Shown here: in pieces, positions 11,859 through 22,797 of the stretch
Layout of the letters: every line of letters begins with the position of its first letter
Position numbering within the stretch: the first letter of the stretch is position 1
NCBI GenBank assembly: GCA_016125475.1
Contig: WGLR01000008.1
Span: 137,723-201,722, forward strand
Length of the DNA stretch: 64,000 nt
Direction of reading: 5' to 3'
Source: Betaproteobacteria bacterium
Lineage (GTDB): Bacteria; Pseudomonadota; Gammaproteobacteria; Burkholderiales; Ga0077523
Notes under the pieces: model-generated
The model's input: the letters and a program-made list of their open reading frames with translations, nothing else
What the model was told of the DNA's origin: nothing
Database searches by the model: none
Program-made: the position numbers and the translations under genes

Positions 11859-13268
11859 ATGTCCCCAGCCGACGTCATGAAGATGGTCAAAGACAACGAG
11901 GTCAAATTCGTTGACTTCCGGTTCACCGATACCCGCGGTAAGGAACAGCACGTTTCGGTGCCGGCCAAGGCCTTCAACGAGGACAAGTTTGTCGACGGGC
12001 ACGCGTTCGACGGGTCCTCGATTGCCGGCTGGAAAGGCATCCAGGCCTCCGACATGCTGCTGATGCCCGATGCAGGGACCGCCCGCCTCGACCCGTTCAC
12101 GGACGAGTCCACGCTCATCCTCACCTGCGACGTGATCGAACCGGCGGACGGCAAGGGCTACGACCGTGACCCGCGCTCCATCGCGAAGCGCGCCGAAGCG
12201 TTCCTGAAGTCCTCCGGGATCGGCGACGTCGCCTACTTCGGTCCGGAGCCGGAGTTCTTCGTGTTCGACACCGTTACCTGGAACGTGGACATGTCCGGAT
12301 CCTTCGTCCGGATTTCCTCGTCGGAGGCGCCCTGGTCGGCCGGCCTCGACATCGACGGTGGAAACATGGGGCACCGCCCGGCGGTGAAAGGCGGGTACTT
12401 CCCCGTGCCGCCCGTCGATTCCCTGCAGGACCTCCGCTCGGCCATGTGCCTCGCCCTCGAGGAGCAGGGCGTCGAGGTCGAGGTGCACCACCACGAAGTG
12501 GCCGCGCCCGGTCAGTGCGAGATCGGCACCATGTTCGCGCCGCTGGTCCAGCGTGCGGACTGGCTGCAGATCCTCAAGTACACGGTCCACAACGTCGCCC
12601 ACCAGTTCGGCAAGACCGCGACGTTCATGCCGAAACCGATCGTCGGTGACAACGGCTCGGGCATGCACTGCCACCAGTCGATCTGGAAGGACGGCAAGAA
12701 CCTGTTCGCGGGCAACGGCTACGCAGGCCTGTCCGAGTTCGCGCTCTACTACATCGGCGGCATCATCAAGCACGCCCGCGCACTGAACGCCCTGACCAAT
12801 CCGTCGACCAACTCCTACAAGCGGCTGGTTCCGGGATTCGAGGCACCGATCAATCTCGCCTACTCGGCGCGCAACCGTTCGGCGTCCATTCGCATTCCGT
12901 TCGTCCAGAGCGAGAAAGCTCGCCGGATCGAAGTGCGTTTCCCGGATCCCACGGCGAATCCTTATCTGGCCTTCACGGCAATGCTCATGGCTGGACTCGA
13001 CGGCGTCCAGAACAAGATTCACCCGGGCGATCCGATCGACAAGAACCTGTACGACCTTCCGCCCGAAGAGGCCAAGATGGTTCCGAACGTCTGCTCGTCC
13101 CTCGACATGGCGCTCGAGGCCCTCGACAACGACCGCGAGTTCCTCACGCGTGGAGGCGTGTTCTCCAACGAGATGATCGACGCCTACATCGCACTCAAGA
13201 TGGAGGAAGTCACCCGGTTCCGCATGACGACCCATCCGGTCGAATTCGAGCTCTACTACAGCGCCTGA
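11859..13268 (+). CDS. glnA: glutamine synthetase type I
   Basis: [31 protein letters not shown] is the N-terminus. The adenylylation-site region NLYDLPPEE is present. The product is 469 aa from an internal ATG preceded by GGAGAGAAAGG. Confidence 0.97.
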   Translation: MSPADVMKMVKDNEVKFVDFRFTDTRGKEQHVSVPAKAFNEDKFVDGHAFDGSSIAGWKGIQASDMLLMPDAGTARLDPFTDESTLILTCDVIEPADGKGYDRDPRSIAKRAEAFLKSSGIGDVAYFGPEPEFFVFDTVTWNVDMSGSFVRISSSEAPWSAGLDIDGGNMGHRPAVKGGYFPVPPVDSLQDLRSAMCLALEEQGVEVEVHHHEVAAPGQCEIGTMFAPLVQRADWLQILKYTVHNVAHQFGKTATFMPKPIVGDNGSGMHCHQSIWKDGKNLFAGNGYAGLSEFALYYIGGIIKHARALNALTNPSTNSYKRLVPGFEAPINLAYSARNRSASIRIPFVQSEKARRIEVRFPDPTANPYLAFTAMLMAGLDGVQNKIHPGDPIDKNLYDLPPEEAKMVPNVCSSLDMALEALDNDREFLTRGGVFSNEMIDAYIALKMEEVTRFRMTTHPVEFELYYSA

Positions 13269-13305
13269 CCGGAACGCACCACATCGCGGTTCCCATCGCG
13301 ACTCG

Positions 13306-13338
13306 AAAGGCGGGGCCGATACCCCGCCTTTCTTTTTT
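13306..13338 (+). terminator. rho-independent terminator after glnA
   Basis: AAAGGCGGGG-ccgata-CCCCGCCTTT forms a 10-bp GC-rich stem, followed by CTTTTTT. Confidence 0.8.
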
Positions 13339-13442
13339 CCTCCCGTGGTCCCTGCGATTGCAGAGCCCCGAGCCCTCGCATAGACTCGTCCGACGAGAGG
13401 GCCTCGCCAGGGCGGCCGAGTCCCGACGCACCGAGAGCGACC

Positions 13443-13901
13443 ATGCGATTCATCACACTCGCTGCACTCACTGTCGCCTGCATCGCACCGGCGCTGGCCG
13501 GGCAGACATGCAAGTACGTGGATGCCGACGGGCGGATCACGTTCGCCAATGTCCCGGTGAAGAATGCCCGAAAGGTGATGTGCTTCGAACCGGTGCCCCA
13601 TGCCGCACCAAAACGGCTTGGCCATGCACCAGGATCGAGCGCGCAGCCCCCCGGGCAGGATCGGGAGACCGTACGGATCGATCCTGCCACGCAACAGCGG
13701 CGCGACCTGGACCGGCGTCAGATTCTCGAGCGGGAACTCGCGGAGGAGCGACGTCTGCTCGAAGCGGCTCGCCGCACGCTTTCGCAGAGTACCTCCACGA
13801 GCGGTCGCGAGCGCGAGTCTCCCGATCCGGCGCTCGAAGCGGTGCAACGCCATCAGCGCAACGTGGAAGCGATCGAACGCGAGCTGTCGGCCATCCGCTG
13901 A
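13443..13901 (+). CDS. DUF4124-like secreted protein
   Basis: It has a signal peptide (MRFITLAALTVACIAPALAG) followed by CKYVDADGRITFAN, the DUF4124 signature. The C-terminus is a charged coiled region. It sits between glnA and ntrB. Confidence 0.75.
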   Translation: MRFITLAALTVACIAPALAGQTCKYVDADGRITFANVPVKNARKVMCFEPVPHAAPKRLGHAPGSSAQPPGQDRETVRIDPATQQRRDLDRRQILERELAEERRLLEAARRTLSQSTSTSGRERESPDPALEAVQRHQRNVEAIERELSAIR

Positions 13902-13959
13902 ACGCCGCCCTCGGGAACCGTTCGACTTTCTCGCGCTGGCCTCACATTCCCAACTCCGG

Positions 13960-13975
13960 TGGCGCGCTAATTGCA
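13960..13975 (+). promoter_or_regulatory. sigma54 (-24/-12) promoter immediately upstream of ntrB
   Basis: TGGCGCgctaaTTGCA is a near-perfect match to TGGCAC-N5-TTGCW with correct spacing. Confidence 0.65.
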
Positions 13976-14007
13976 AAGCCACCGTCATGGCTCCGGAGCG
14001 CATACAA

Positions 14008-15102
14008 ATGAAACCAGATGCTCTCCAAGGTCTGGACCTCCTCTCGACCGCCGTGCTGCTCGTCGACACGGAACAGCGCGTGAGATATCTGAATCCCGCT
14101 GCGGAAGATCTGTTTCGCACGAGCAGGAAGAGCATGATCGGGCAAACCCTCCAGGATGCGTTCGTTGATTCCCACGACCTCGAGGCCGCGGTGACGGCGG
14201 CCCTGCGTGATCGTGCGACGGTTACCCAGCACGATCTGGCGCTCGTCGCGAACACGGGGACGGCGCTCCAGCGGACCGTGATGACCTGCACGGTCACGCC
14301 GTACGAGAGCGACGGTGAATCGGGCACGCTCGTGGAACTCTCGCCGACGCAGCAGCAGCTCCGCATCGCACGCGAGGAACGCCTGCTCGGTCAGACGCAG
14401 GCCAACCGCGAACTGCTCAGAAACCTCGCACACGAGATCAAGAATCCGCTCGGTGCGCTGCGTGGTGCGGCTCAGCTCCTGGAGCGCGAACTCGACCGCG
14501 CGGACCAGCGGGAATACACGCAGGTGATCATGAGCGAGGCGGACCGCCTCCAGTCGCTCATGGATCGCATGCTCACTCCCCATCGGCTGCCGAAGCCGGT
14601 CGCGCTAAGCATCCACGAGGTCACCGAGCGGGTCAGGACGCTCCTTCTCGCGGAGTTCCCCGGCATAGCGATCAAACGCGACTACGACTCCAGCCTGCCC
14701 AACATCGTGGGAGACCGCGAGCAGCTGATCCAGGCGGTACTGAACGTGGCCCGCAATGCCGCGCAGGCGATGAAGGGCCACGGGACGATCACTTTTCGCA
14801 GCAGGATCCTGCGCCAGCTCACGCTCGGCAAGAAGCTCTACCGCCTCGCCGTGTCCCTGGACGTGATCGACGACGGTCCGGGCATCCCCGACGAGATCAA
14901 GGAACGCGTGTTCTTCCCGCTCATTTCCGGCCGGGAAGGCGGAACCGGGCTGGGCCTCACGATCGCCCAGACCTTCGTGCACCAGCATCATGGAATCGTG
15001 GAGGTCGAGAGCCGTCCCGGTGAAACCTGCTTCACGATTCTTCTGCCGATCACGGAGACGGTCGTGACCAACGGCGACTCCAACCGCAACCAGAGGCACT
15101 GA
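14008..15102 (+). CDS. glnL: nitrogen regulation sensor histidine kinase NtrB
   Basis: It has a PAS domain, an H-box (LAHEIKNPLGALRGAAQLL) and N/G boxes (DDGPGIP, GGTGLGL). I chose ATG 14008 because GGAG lies 9 nt upstream and the sigma54 promoter would make ATG 13987 leaderless. ATG 13987 remains an alternative. Confidence 0.9.
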   Translation: MKPDALQGLDLLSTAVLLVDTEQRVRYLNPAAEDLFRTSRKSMIGQTLQDAFVDSHDLEAAVTAALRDRATVTQHDLALVANTGTALQRTVMTCTVTPYESDGESGTLVELSPTQQQLRIAREERLLGQTQANRELLRNLAHEIKNPLGALRGAAQLLERELDRADQREYTQVIMSEADRLQSLMDRMLTPHRLPKPVALSIHEVTERVRTLLLAEFPGIAIKRDYDSSLPNIVGDREQLIQAVLNVARNAAQAMKGHGTITFRSRILRQLTLGKKLYRLAVSLDVIDDGPGIPDEIKERVFFPLISGREGGTGLGLTIAQTFVHQHHGIVEVESRPGETCFTILLPITETVVTNGDSNRNQRH

Positions 15103-15110
15103 GCCGAGCC

Positions 15111-16517
15111 ATGAGACCAGTCTGGATCATCGATGATGACCGCTCCATAAGATGGGTGTTCGAGAAGGCCCTTGCACGGGAAGACATCCCGTACCACACG
15201 TTCTCGAGCGCCCAGGAAGCCCTTGCCGCACTCGGGTCGACACCTCCGCAGGTCGTGGTGAGCGACATCCGGATGCCCGGCGGCTCCGGCATAGAACTGC
15301 TGCAGCAGCTCAAGACACGGTTTCCCATGCTGCCCGTCATCATCATGACGGCGTACTCGGACCTCGAGAGCGCGGTCTCCGCGTTCCAGCACGGCGCTTT
15401 CGAGTATCTCCCGAAGCCTTTCGACGTCGACCAGGCGGTCGACCTGATCAGGCGCGCGATGACCGAAGTCGGCCAGGCAGAAGAAGTCGGCGACGCCATG
15501 GAGAGCGCGCCGGAGATCCTCGGCCAGGCCTCGTCGATGCAGGAGGTCTTCCGGGCGATCGGACGACTGACCCAGTCCCAGGCCACGGTACTGATCAACG
15601 GCGAGTCCGGAACCGGCAAGGAACTCGTTGCGCGGGCACTGCATCGCCACAGCCCGCGGGCCGCCCACCCGTTCGTCGCGATCAACACGGCTGCAATCCC
15701 GAAGGATCTCCTGGAATCGGAGCTGTTCGGGCACGAGCGCGGCGCATTCACGGGCGCACAGACGACACGCCGCGGACGGTTCGAACAGGCGGAAGGCGGC
15801 ACGCTTTTTCTCGACGAGATCGGCGACATGCCGTCGGACCTGCAGACACGCCTGCTGCGCGTATTGTCGGACGGCCAGTTCTATCGTGTGGGTGGCCATC
15901 AGCCCATCAAGGCCAACGTCCGGATCATCGCCGCCACGCACCAGGATCTGGAGTCCCGCGTGAAGCAGGGGCTGTTCAGGGAAGATCTGTTCCACAGACT
16001 CAACGTGATCCGCCTGCGACTGCCGAACCTTCGGGAGCGTCGTGAAGACGTACCACTGCTCGCCCGGCACTTCCTCGCGAAAAGCGCACGGGAACTCGGT
16101 GTCGAGCCGAAGCGACTGACCGACGCCGCGATGAAATATCTCACGACGCTCGACTGGCCCGGGAACGTTCGTCAGCTCGAGAACATCTGCCACTGGGTCA
16201 CGGTGATGGCACCGGGATCGAACGTGGACGTCGCCGATCTGCCCGGCGAGATTCGGGAGAAACCGGACTCGAGTGCGGGAGAGAACTGGATCGGGGCGCT
16301 CGAACGTGAGGCCGAGAGCGCGCTGAAGCGCGGCGAGCGTCGCATCATGGACGACATGACCCGCGCCTTCGAGCGCGCGCTCATTCTCAAGGCGCTGGCC
16401 CACACGGGCGGCCGTCGCATCGAGGCCGCGAGCCTGCTGGGCCTTGGCAGGAACACACTGACGAGGAAAATCCAGGAACTCGGCCTCGACGAACGGTCAC
16501 ACCCGGATCCCGGATGA
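15111..16517 (+). CDS. glnG: nitrogen regulation response regulator NtrC (sigma54 enhancer-binding protein)
   Basis: It has a receiver domain, an AAA+ domain with GESGTGKE and the GAFTGA motif (ERGAFTGA), and a C-terminal HTH. Length is 468 aa. Confidence 0.95.
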   Translation: MRPVWIIDDDRSIRWVFEKALAREDIPYHTFSSAQEALAALGSTPPQVVVSDIRMPGGSGIELLQQLKTRFPMLPVIIMTAYSDLESAVSAFQHGAFEYLPKPFDVDQAVDLIRRAMTEVGQAEEVGDAMESAPEILGQASSMQEVFRAIGRLTQSQATVLINGESGTGKELVARALHRHSPRAAHPFVAINTAAIPKDLLESELFGHERGAFTGAQTTRRGRFEQAEGGTLFLDEIGDMPSDLQTRLLRVLSDGQFYRVGGHQPIKANVRIIAATHQDLESRVKQGLFREDLFHRLNVIRLRLPNLRERREDVPLLARHFLAKSARELGVEPKRLTDAAMKYLTTLDWPGNVRQLENICHWVTVMAPGSNVDVADLPGEIREKPDSSAGENWIGALEREAESALKRGERRIMDDMTRAFERALILKALAHTGGRRIEAASLLGLGRNTLTRKIQELGLDERSHPDPG

Positions 16518-16575
16518 CATGCGGCGCGGGCCGTCCCCATGGCCCCCGAGGTCCGCACCTCGTCGCCGGCGGGGT

Positions 16576-17349
16576 TCACGACTCCAGTGCGAGCTCCGCC
16601 ACGACGGGCGCGTGATCGGACGGGCGTTCGAGAGCACGCATGCCCGTCTCGATCGTGCAGGCTCGGCACGCCGGCGCGAGAATCTCCGAGACCAGGATGT
16701 GATCGATGCGCAACCCCATCTTCCGTCGGAAGGCGTTCATCCTGTAGTCCCACCACGTGAACGAACGCTCCGCCTGTGGGAAGAGCCGGAAGCTGTCACG
16801 AAAACCGAGCTCGCAGATGCCGCGAAAGGCCGCACGCTCGGCCTCGCTCACGAGCACCTGACCTTCCCACGCCTTCGGGTCGTGGACGTCCTGGTCTTCG
16901 GGTGCGATGTTGAAATCGCCCAGGACGGTGACACGCCCCCAGTCGGAGAGTTGTGACTGGAGCCAGCGCTGGAACGCCGACAGCCACTCCAGCTTGTACC
17001 GGTACTTGTCGGAATCGACGCTCTGACCATTGGGTACATACGCGCACACGACGCGCACACCGCAGATCGTCGCGCTGAGCACCCTCTTCTGCGGGTCATC
17101 GAACGAGGGGATGCCACTCTCGACGTGCTCGGCCGGGTATCTGCTCAGGATGGCCACGCCGTTGTAGGTCTTCTGGCCGGTGAACGACGAATGGTAGCCC
17201 AGGGCGTCGAGTGCCTCGACCGGAAACGCCGAGTCCTCGAGCTTGGTCTCCTGCAGACAGACGACGTCGATCGCTTCCCGCGCCAGCCACTCCTGCAACT
17301 GGCCGAGCCGCACCTTGAGCGAATTGACGTTCCACGTTGCAATCTTCAT
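16576..17349 (-). CDS. xthA: exodeoxyribonuclease III
   Basis: MKIATWNVNSLKVRL and the C-terminal SDHAPV are present. I chose the internal ATG of ORF 16576..17538. Confidence 0.9.
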   Translation of the reverse strand: MKIATWNVNSLKVRLGQLQEWLAREAIDVVCLQETKLEDSAFPVEALDALGYHSSFTGQKTYNGVAILSRYPAEHVESGIPSFDDPQKRVLSATICGVRVVCAYVPNGQSVDSDKYRYKLEWLSAFQRWLQSQLSDWGRVTVLGDFNIAPEDQDVHDPKAWEGQVLVSEAERAAFRGICELGFRDSFRLFPQAERSFTWWDYRMNAFRRKMGLRIDHILVSEILAPACRACTIETGMRALERPSDHAPVVAELALES

Positions 17350-17350
17350 G

Positions 17351-17947
17351 TCACTTCGGGGATGTCGGTCGCTCCGCGGTCGCGGCCGTCCCCGCCGGGT
17401 TGCCGGAGGCCGACGCCCCGGGTGCACCGACCGCGCTCCCTGTCGCGGATCGCGCCTGCACGCCGGGCGGCAGCCTCGATGCCCGCGGATAATCGGCCGC
17501 GTCGAGCGCGGCGTTCCATTGCCCGGCCTCCCAGCCACGGGTCACGGACTGCCCGACGATCAGGATGGGCACTTCCACCGACGACGAGCCGGTACGACCT
17601 CGAATCTCGGCCTGAACGACAGGGTCACGTGCGTCCTTTTCCGTGTAGGGCACCCCTCTCGATTCGAGGAGCTTTCGCGCGCTGTCACAGGGCGTTCCGC
17701 AGTCGGACGCGTAGACCGTTACCGGGAAGAGCTTCATTGCGCGCTGCAGGTCATACGGTAGAGATCCGCTCCCGGGCCGGTCGCCGAGCGCCTTGCGTTC
17801 GACATTCCGGGCCTCCCCGGGTGGCACGCGATCCGTGTAGAAGACCCTGCCGTCCGCATCGGTCCAGCGGTAGAGCTTCTGTTGAGCCACTGCGGTGCCG
17901 CTCAGCACCACGAACACCGAAAACCCCATCAACCAGAGCCTGCTCAT
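17351..17947 (-). CDS. secreted DUF4124 / glutaredoxin-like fusion protein
   Basis: It has a signal peptide, then YRWTDADGRVFYTD (DUF4124 signature). A Grx-like fold follows, VTVYASDCGTPCDSARKLLESRGVPYTEKD. Confidence 0.75.
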   Translation of the reverse strand: MSRLWLMGFSVFVVLSGTAVAQQKLYRWTDADGRVFYTDRVPPGEARNVERKALGDRPGSGSLPYDLQRAMKLFPVTVYASDCGTPCDSARKLLESRGVPYTEKDARDPVVQAEIRGRTGSSSVEVPILIVGQSVTRGWEAGQWNAALDAADYPRASRLPPGVQARSATGSAVGAPGASASGNPAGTAATAERPTSPK

Positions 17948-17977
17948 CGCACGTGTCTCCCGACGCTTCGTGAACTC

Positions 17978-20014
17978 TCAGGCAGCGACCATGCCATTGT
18001 GTCTCAGGAGGGCATCGATCGACGGCTCGCGCCCGCGAAACGCCACGAAGGACTGCATGGCAGGACGACTGCCGCCGACGCCGAGAATTTCCTTCCAGAA
18101 CCGGCGGCCCGTGTCACGATCGAGAACCCCTGCTTCCTCGAACAGCCCGAAGGCGTCGGACGAAAGCACCTCCGCCCACTTGTAGCTATAGTACCCGGCC
18201 GCGTAGCCGCCCGCGAAGATGTGGGCGAAGCTGTGCGGAAAGCGGTTGAATGCGGGCGGATGCACCACCGCGACCTCCTTCCGGACTTCCTCGAGCAGAT
18301 CCATGATCGACACGTCTCGCGCAGGCACGAAGTCGAAATGCGCGCGGAGATCGAAGAGCGCGAACTCGAGCTGCCGGGCCATCTGCATGCCGCTCTGGAA
18401 GTTTCTCGCCGCAAGCATCTTGTCGAAAAGGCCGCGGGGGAGCGGATCCCCGGTCGACACGTGTCCGGTGAGACCGCTCAGCACCTCCCATTCCCAGCAG
18501 AAGTTCTCCATGAACTGGCTCGGCAGTTCGACGGCATCCCATTCGACGCCGTTGATGCCGGACACGGCCAGGTCGTCCACCTGCGTGAGCAGGTGGTGCA
18601 GGCCGTGTCCGAACTCGTGGAACAGGGTGGCGACCTCGTCGTGCGTGAAAAGCGCCGGCCTGCCCGGCAGCGGCGCCGAGAAGTTGCAGTTCAGATAGGC
18701 CACGGGGGTCTGCACACCGCCGGCGAGGCTTCGCCGCGCGCGCGCGTCGTCCATCCATGCGCCACCGCGCTTGGACGTCCGCGCATAGAGATCCATGTAG
18801 AACTGACCCACGGTCTGTCCACCCTCGGACACGACCCTGAAGAAACGCACGTCGGGATGCCAGACCGGCGCGTCGTCGGGCTGGATGCTCAGGCCGTAGA
18901 GCGTCTCGACCAGACGGAACATGCCGGCGACCACGCGATCCTCGGGGAAGTACTGCTTCACCTCCTGTTCGGAAAAGGCATAGCGCTCCTGGCGCAGCTT
19001 CTCCGAGGCCCAGGCGATGTCCCATGCCTCGAGCTCGTCGAGCCCGAGAGTCGCACGAGCAAACGCCTTCAGGTCCGCGAGGTCGCGCTCGGCAAATGGC
19101 CGGGCGCGGGCCCCGAGGTCCCTCAGGAACTCGAGGACATGCTCCGGCGACTCCGCCATCTTCGGCACCAGCGACACGTCGGCGTAGCTGCGGTACCCCA
19201 GCAACTCGGCCTCCTCGCGGCGCAACGCCAGAATCTCGGCAATGACCGGCGTGTTGTCCAGACGTGGATCGCCGAACTCGGACGCCCGCGTCACGTACGC
19301 CCGGTACATGCGTTCGCGGAGGCGGCGACAGTTCCCGTACTGCATCACGGGAAGGTAGGACGGAATCTGCAGCGTGAACTTCCACCCTTCGCGCCCCTCC
19401 CGCGCCGCCGCGCCTCGGGCCGCCTGCAGGTCGTCCTCCGGGATGCCTGCCACGTCGTCAGCGTCGGACGTATAGAGCGCAAAGGCATTCGTGGCATCGA
19501 GAACGTTGTCGCTGAAGCGCGACGACAGGTCCGCGAGACGCTCCGCCACGGCCTTGAAGCGATCCTTCTTCTCGGGCGGGAGCTCCGCACCACCGAGCCG
19601 GAAATCCCGGAGCCGGTTCTCGACGATCCGCTGCCTGGCCGGTCCGAGTGTCGCGAACGCCGCCTGATCGTGCAGGGCCTTGTACTTCCTGTAGAGACCT
19701 TCGTTCTGGGACAGCTCCGTGCCGTACTGGGCGATCTTCGGCAGGGTCGAGTTGTACGACGCGCGAAGTTCGGGGCCGTTCATGACGGCGTTCATGTGCG
19801 CGACCTGACCCCAGGCGCGATACAGGCGTTCGTTCGCGTCATCGAGAGGCTGAACGAACGAGTCCCAGGTCGGCGCGCCGGCATCGTTGACGATGCGATC
19901 GATGATCCGGCGGTTCTCGTCGAGCAGCGTGTCGACGGCCGGCGCGACGTGCTCGGGACGGAATTCGTCGAATTTCGGCAGACCCGAAAAATCAAGGAGC
20001 GGATTCATAGGCAT
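17978..20014 (-). CDS. prlC: oligopeptidase A (M3 family)
   Basis: 678 aa with the zinc motif HEFGHGLHH and M3-family conservation. Confidence 0.95.
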   Translation of the reverse strand: MPMNPLLDFSGLPKFDEFRPEHVAPAVDTLLDENRRIIDRIVNDAGAPTWDSFVQPLDDANERLYRAWGQVAHMNAVMNGPELRASYNSTLPKIAQYGTELSQNEGLYRKYKALHDQAAFATLGPARQRIVENRLRDFRLGGAELPPEKKDRFKAVAERLADLSSRFSDNVLDATNAFALYTSDADDVAGIPEDDLQAARGAAAREGREGWKFTLQIPSYLPVMQYGNCRRLRERMYRAYVTRASEFGDPRLDNTPVIAEILALRREEAELLGYRSYADVSLVPKMAESPEHVLEFLRDLGARARPFAERDLADLKAFARATLGLDELEAWDIAWASEKLRQERYAFSEQEVKQYFPEDRVVAGMFRLVETLYGLSIQPDDAPVWHPDVRFFRVVSEGGQTVGQFYMDLYARTSKRGGAWMDDARARRSLAGGVQTPVAYLNCNFSAPLPGRPALFTHDEVATLFHEFGHGLHHLLTQVDDLAVSGINGVEWDAVELPSQFMENFCWEWEVLSGLTGHVSTGDPLPRGLFDKMLAARNFQSGMQMARQLEFALFDLRAHFDFVPARDVSIMDLLEEVRKEVAVVHPPAFNRFPHSFAHIFAGGYAAGYYSYKWAEVLSSDAFGLFEEAGVLDRDTGRRFWKEILGVGGSRPAMQSFVAFRGREPSIDALLRHNGMVAA

Positions 20015-20071
20015 TCCTTCGGTATCGATTTCGTTGGGGCGCCGCGAACGGCCCCCGCCGGAGTTCGCGAG

Positions 20072-21355
20072 TCAACGCTCGAACACGACCTGACCGCTCA
20101 CGAGCGTGTAGCAGGCACGGCCCTGAAGCTCGTAACCCAGGTGAGGAGTGTTCTTCCCCTGACTGCGCAGGGCCGACGGTTCCACGCGCCACCATAGCGA
20201 TGGATCGAAGACGCAGAGGTCCGCCCGGGCGCCTGCGTCCAGTGTCGGAGCCGGAATGCCGAGGACGCGTGCAGGCCCCACCGTGACGGGCCGCAGCACT
20301 TCGGGCAGCGGTCGGCCCCCTCCCCACTTGATGGTGAGAGGCAGCAGGAGTTCCAGCCCGGTCGCCCCCGGTTCGGCCTCCGAGAACGGCAGATCCTTGC
20401 CGTCCTCGTCCACCGGCGTGTGATCCGAGCAGATCGCGTCGATCGTCCCGTCCACCAGCCCCGCCACCAGTGCGTCGCGATCGCGGGGATGGCGCAACGG
20501 TGGCGAGAGGCGACAGTTCGAATCGAAGAACCCGATGTCCATTTCGGACAGGTGCACGTGATTCGCGGACACGTCGCAGGTGACGGGCACGCCGTCGGCC
20601 TTCGCCTCCCGCACCATGGACACGCCCCTCGCGGTCGAGATCCGGCACAGATGCACCCGTGCACCGGTTTCGCGTGCGACCAGGAGAATCGTCGCGATCG
20701 CGACGGTCTCCGCAAGCGAGGGTATTCCGGGCAGCCCCAGGCGGGTAGCGACCTCTCCTTCGTGGGCGACGCCCCGGGACGCGAGCGCGGAATCCTCCGG
20801 CCTCAGCCAGACCGCGAGGTCGAACGTGGCGGCGTACTGGAGTGCCCGGAGCAGCACGGTGAGATCCGCGAACGGTGCATCCGCCTGCGAGAACGCGACG
20901 CAACCGGCCTCGGCGAGTTCCATCATCTCCGCGAGCCTTTCGCCGCCCAGCGATCGCGTCAGGGCTCCGACGGGATACACGTTCGTGAGCGCAAGGCTCG
21001 ACGCGCGACGCTTGAGCATTTCGACGAGACCGGGCTCGTCGAGCGGCGGATCGGTGTCGGGCGGGCACGCGACGGAGGTGATGCCGCCTGCCGCCGCCGC
21101 CACGAGTTCGCTCTCGAGCGTCGCGCGGTACTCGAAGCCGGGTTCCCTCAGACGAACCCCCAGGTCCACTAGTCCCGGCGCAACCACGAGTCCGGTCGCG
21201 TCGATCACCCTGTCGGCGGTGAATCCGTCGGGCGCACGACCGGAGGCGACGATCGCGCCGTCGGCGACGAAGAGGTCGCCGACCTCGTCCCGACCGGAAG
21301 CCGGATCGACGAGACGCCCGTTCGAGATGCGGACACGGACCACGTCAGCCTCCAC
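20072..21355 (-). CDS. dihydroorotase-like protein (pyrC'-type, ATCase-associated)
   Basis: It is an amidohydrolase-fold protein of 427 aa directly downstream of pyrB and overlapping it, as in the Pseudomonas pyrB-pyrC' arrangement. It has a GTG start; GTG 21343 is an alternative. Confidence 0.85.
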   Translation of the reverse strand: MEADVVRVRISNGRLVDPASGRDEVGDLFVADGAIVASGRAPDGFTADRVIDATGLVVAPGLVDLGVRLREPGFEYRATLESELVAAAAGGITSVACPPDTDPPLDEPGLVEMLKRRASSLALTNVYPVGALTRSLGGERLAEMMELAEAGCVAFSQADAPFADLTVLLRALQYAATFDLAVWLRPEDSALASRGVAHEGEVATRLGLPGIPSLAETVAIATILLVARETGARVHLCRISTARGVSMVREAKADGVPVTCDVSANHVHLSEMDIGFFDSNCRLSPPLRHPRDRDALVAGLVDGTIDAICSDHTPVDEDGKDLPFSEAEPGATGLELLLPLTIKWGGGRPLPEVLRPVTVGPARVLGIPAPTLDAGARADLCVFDPSLWWRVEPSALRSQGKNTPHLGYELQGRACYTLVSGQVVFER

Positions 21356-22298
21356 CCGCGAGAATCGCCATGACCGCCATCCGGACCGCGATGCCGAACG
21401 TGACCTGCGGAAGGATCACGGACTGTCGGCCGTCGGCTACCGCGGAATCGATCTCCACGCCCCGGTTCATCGGCCCCGGATGCATGACGATCGCATCGGG
21501 TTTCGCGAGAAGCAGCCGCTCGGGCGTGAGTCCGTAGGTCTTGAAGTATTCCTGAGCGGAAGGCAGGAGCGCGCCGTTCATCCGTTCGTTCTGCAGTCGG
21601 AGCATCATGACGACGTCCGCGCCGCGCAGTCCGCGCGCCATGTCGTGATGGACATGGACGCCCAGCTTCTGGACGTCCGGTGGTATCAGTGTCTTGGGGC
21701 CGATCACCCGGACTTCCGGGACGCCCAGGGTGGTCAGCGCGTGAATCTCCGATCGTGCCACTCGCGAATGCATGAGGTCGCCGACGATCGCGACGGTGAG
21801 CTTCGTGAAGTCCTCCTTGAAATGGCGGATCGTGTACACGTCCAGGAGGCCCTGGGTGGGATGCGCGTGGCGCCCGTCTCCTGCGTTGATGACGTGGATG
21901 TCCTGAGACAGGTGACGGGCGATGAGATAGGGGGCGCCGCTGGACGCGTGGCGTACCACGAACATGTCGGCCTGCATGGCCGCAAGGTTGGCCACGGTGT
22001 CGAGCAGGCTCTCGCCCTTCGTCTGCGACGACGTCGCGACGTTGAGATTGATCACGTCGGCCGACAGGCGCTTCGCCGCAATCTCGAAGGTCGTCCGCGT
22101 ACGCGTCGACGGCTCGAAGAATACGTTGAAGACCGACTTGCCGCGCAGCAGCGGCACCTTCTTCACCTCACGCTCCGTGACCGACACGAACGACCGCGCA
22201 GTGTCCAGGATGTTCACGAGCACGTCCCGGGGCAGGCCGTCGATCGACAGGAGGTGACGCAGTTGCCCATCCTCGCCCAGCTGCGGATTACGCTGCAC
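21345..22298 (-). CDS. pyrB: aspartate carbamoyltransferase catalytic chain
   Basis: STRTR and HPTQ motifs are present ([23 protein letters not shown]). It has a GTG start overlapping the pyrR stop. Confidence 0.95.
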   Translation of the reverse strand: MQRNPQLGEDGQLRHLLSIDGLPRDVLVNILDTARSFVSVTEREVKKVPLLRGKSVFNVFFEPSTRTRTTFEIAAKRLSADVINLNVATSSQTKGESLLDTVANLAAMQADMFVVRHASSGAPYLIARHLSQDIHVINAGDGRHAHPTQGLLDVYTIRHFKEDFTKLTVAIVGDLMHSRVARSEIHALTTLGVPEVRVIGPKTLIPPDVQKLGVHVHHDMARGLRGADVVMMLRLQNERMNGALLPSAQEYFKTYGLTPERLLLAKPDAIVMHPGPMNRGVEIDSAVADGRQSVILPQVTFGIAVRMAVMAILAGGG

Positions 22299-22797
22299 CG
22301 CGCGGCTCCTTCATCGCGAGTGCCAGTGTGCCGTCGTCGGCCCGCGCGAGCGATACCACGCGCCGTTCCTCGCCCAGATCCACGGCCCCGCCCACGAACT
22401 GGGCGCAGATCGGCAGCTGCCTGCCGCCGCGATCCACGAGCGCGGCAAGACGCACACGCCCCGGGCGTCCATAGTCGAACAGGACGTTGAGCGCCGCCCG
22501 GACCGTGCGCCCGGTGTAGAGAACGTCATCCACGATGATCACGTCGTGCCCCGAGACGTCGAACGGAATGGCCGACGGCTGGACCTCGGGTTTCAGGCCG
22601 CGCTGACCGTAGTCGTCGCGATAGAACGCGACGTCGATCGTGCCCAGTGGCGTCTCGAGGCCGAGCATGTCGTGCAGGCGTTCGGCCACCCACACGCCGC
22701 CCGTGTGGATACCGATGAGACCGGTGTCGGAAGCGACCTCGGGCCTCATCGAGTCGGCGAGCCGTGCCAGCAGGGCTTCCGGGTCAGGCAATCGCAT
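22288..22797 (-). CDS. pyrR: bifunctional pyrimidine regulatory protein / uracil phosphoribosyltransferase
   Basis: 169 aa with the PRPP-binding motif [13 protein letters not shown]. Confidence 0.9.
   Translation of the reverse strand: MRLPDPEALLARLADSMRPEVASDTGLIGIHTGGVWVAERLHDMLGLETPLGTIDVAFYRDDYGQRGLKPEVQPSAIPFDVSGHDVIIVDDVLYTGRTVRAALNVLFDYGRPGRVRLAALVDRGGRQLPICAQFVGGAVDLGEERRVVSLARADDGTLALAMKEPRGAA

Noticed and set aside
13346-13362. TGGTCC-N..-TTGCA sigma54-like motif upstream of the DUF4124 gene
   Set aside because: GG-to-GC spacing is one nucleotide too long, and sigma54 promoters do not tolerate this.
11835-14366. 843-aa minus-strand ORF across glnA, the DUF4124 gene and ntrB
   Set aside because: It crosses a strong terminator and three well-supported plus-strand genes, and its composition is shadow-ORF-like.
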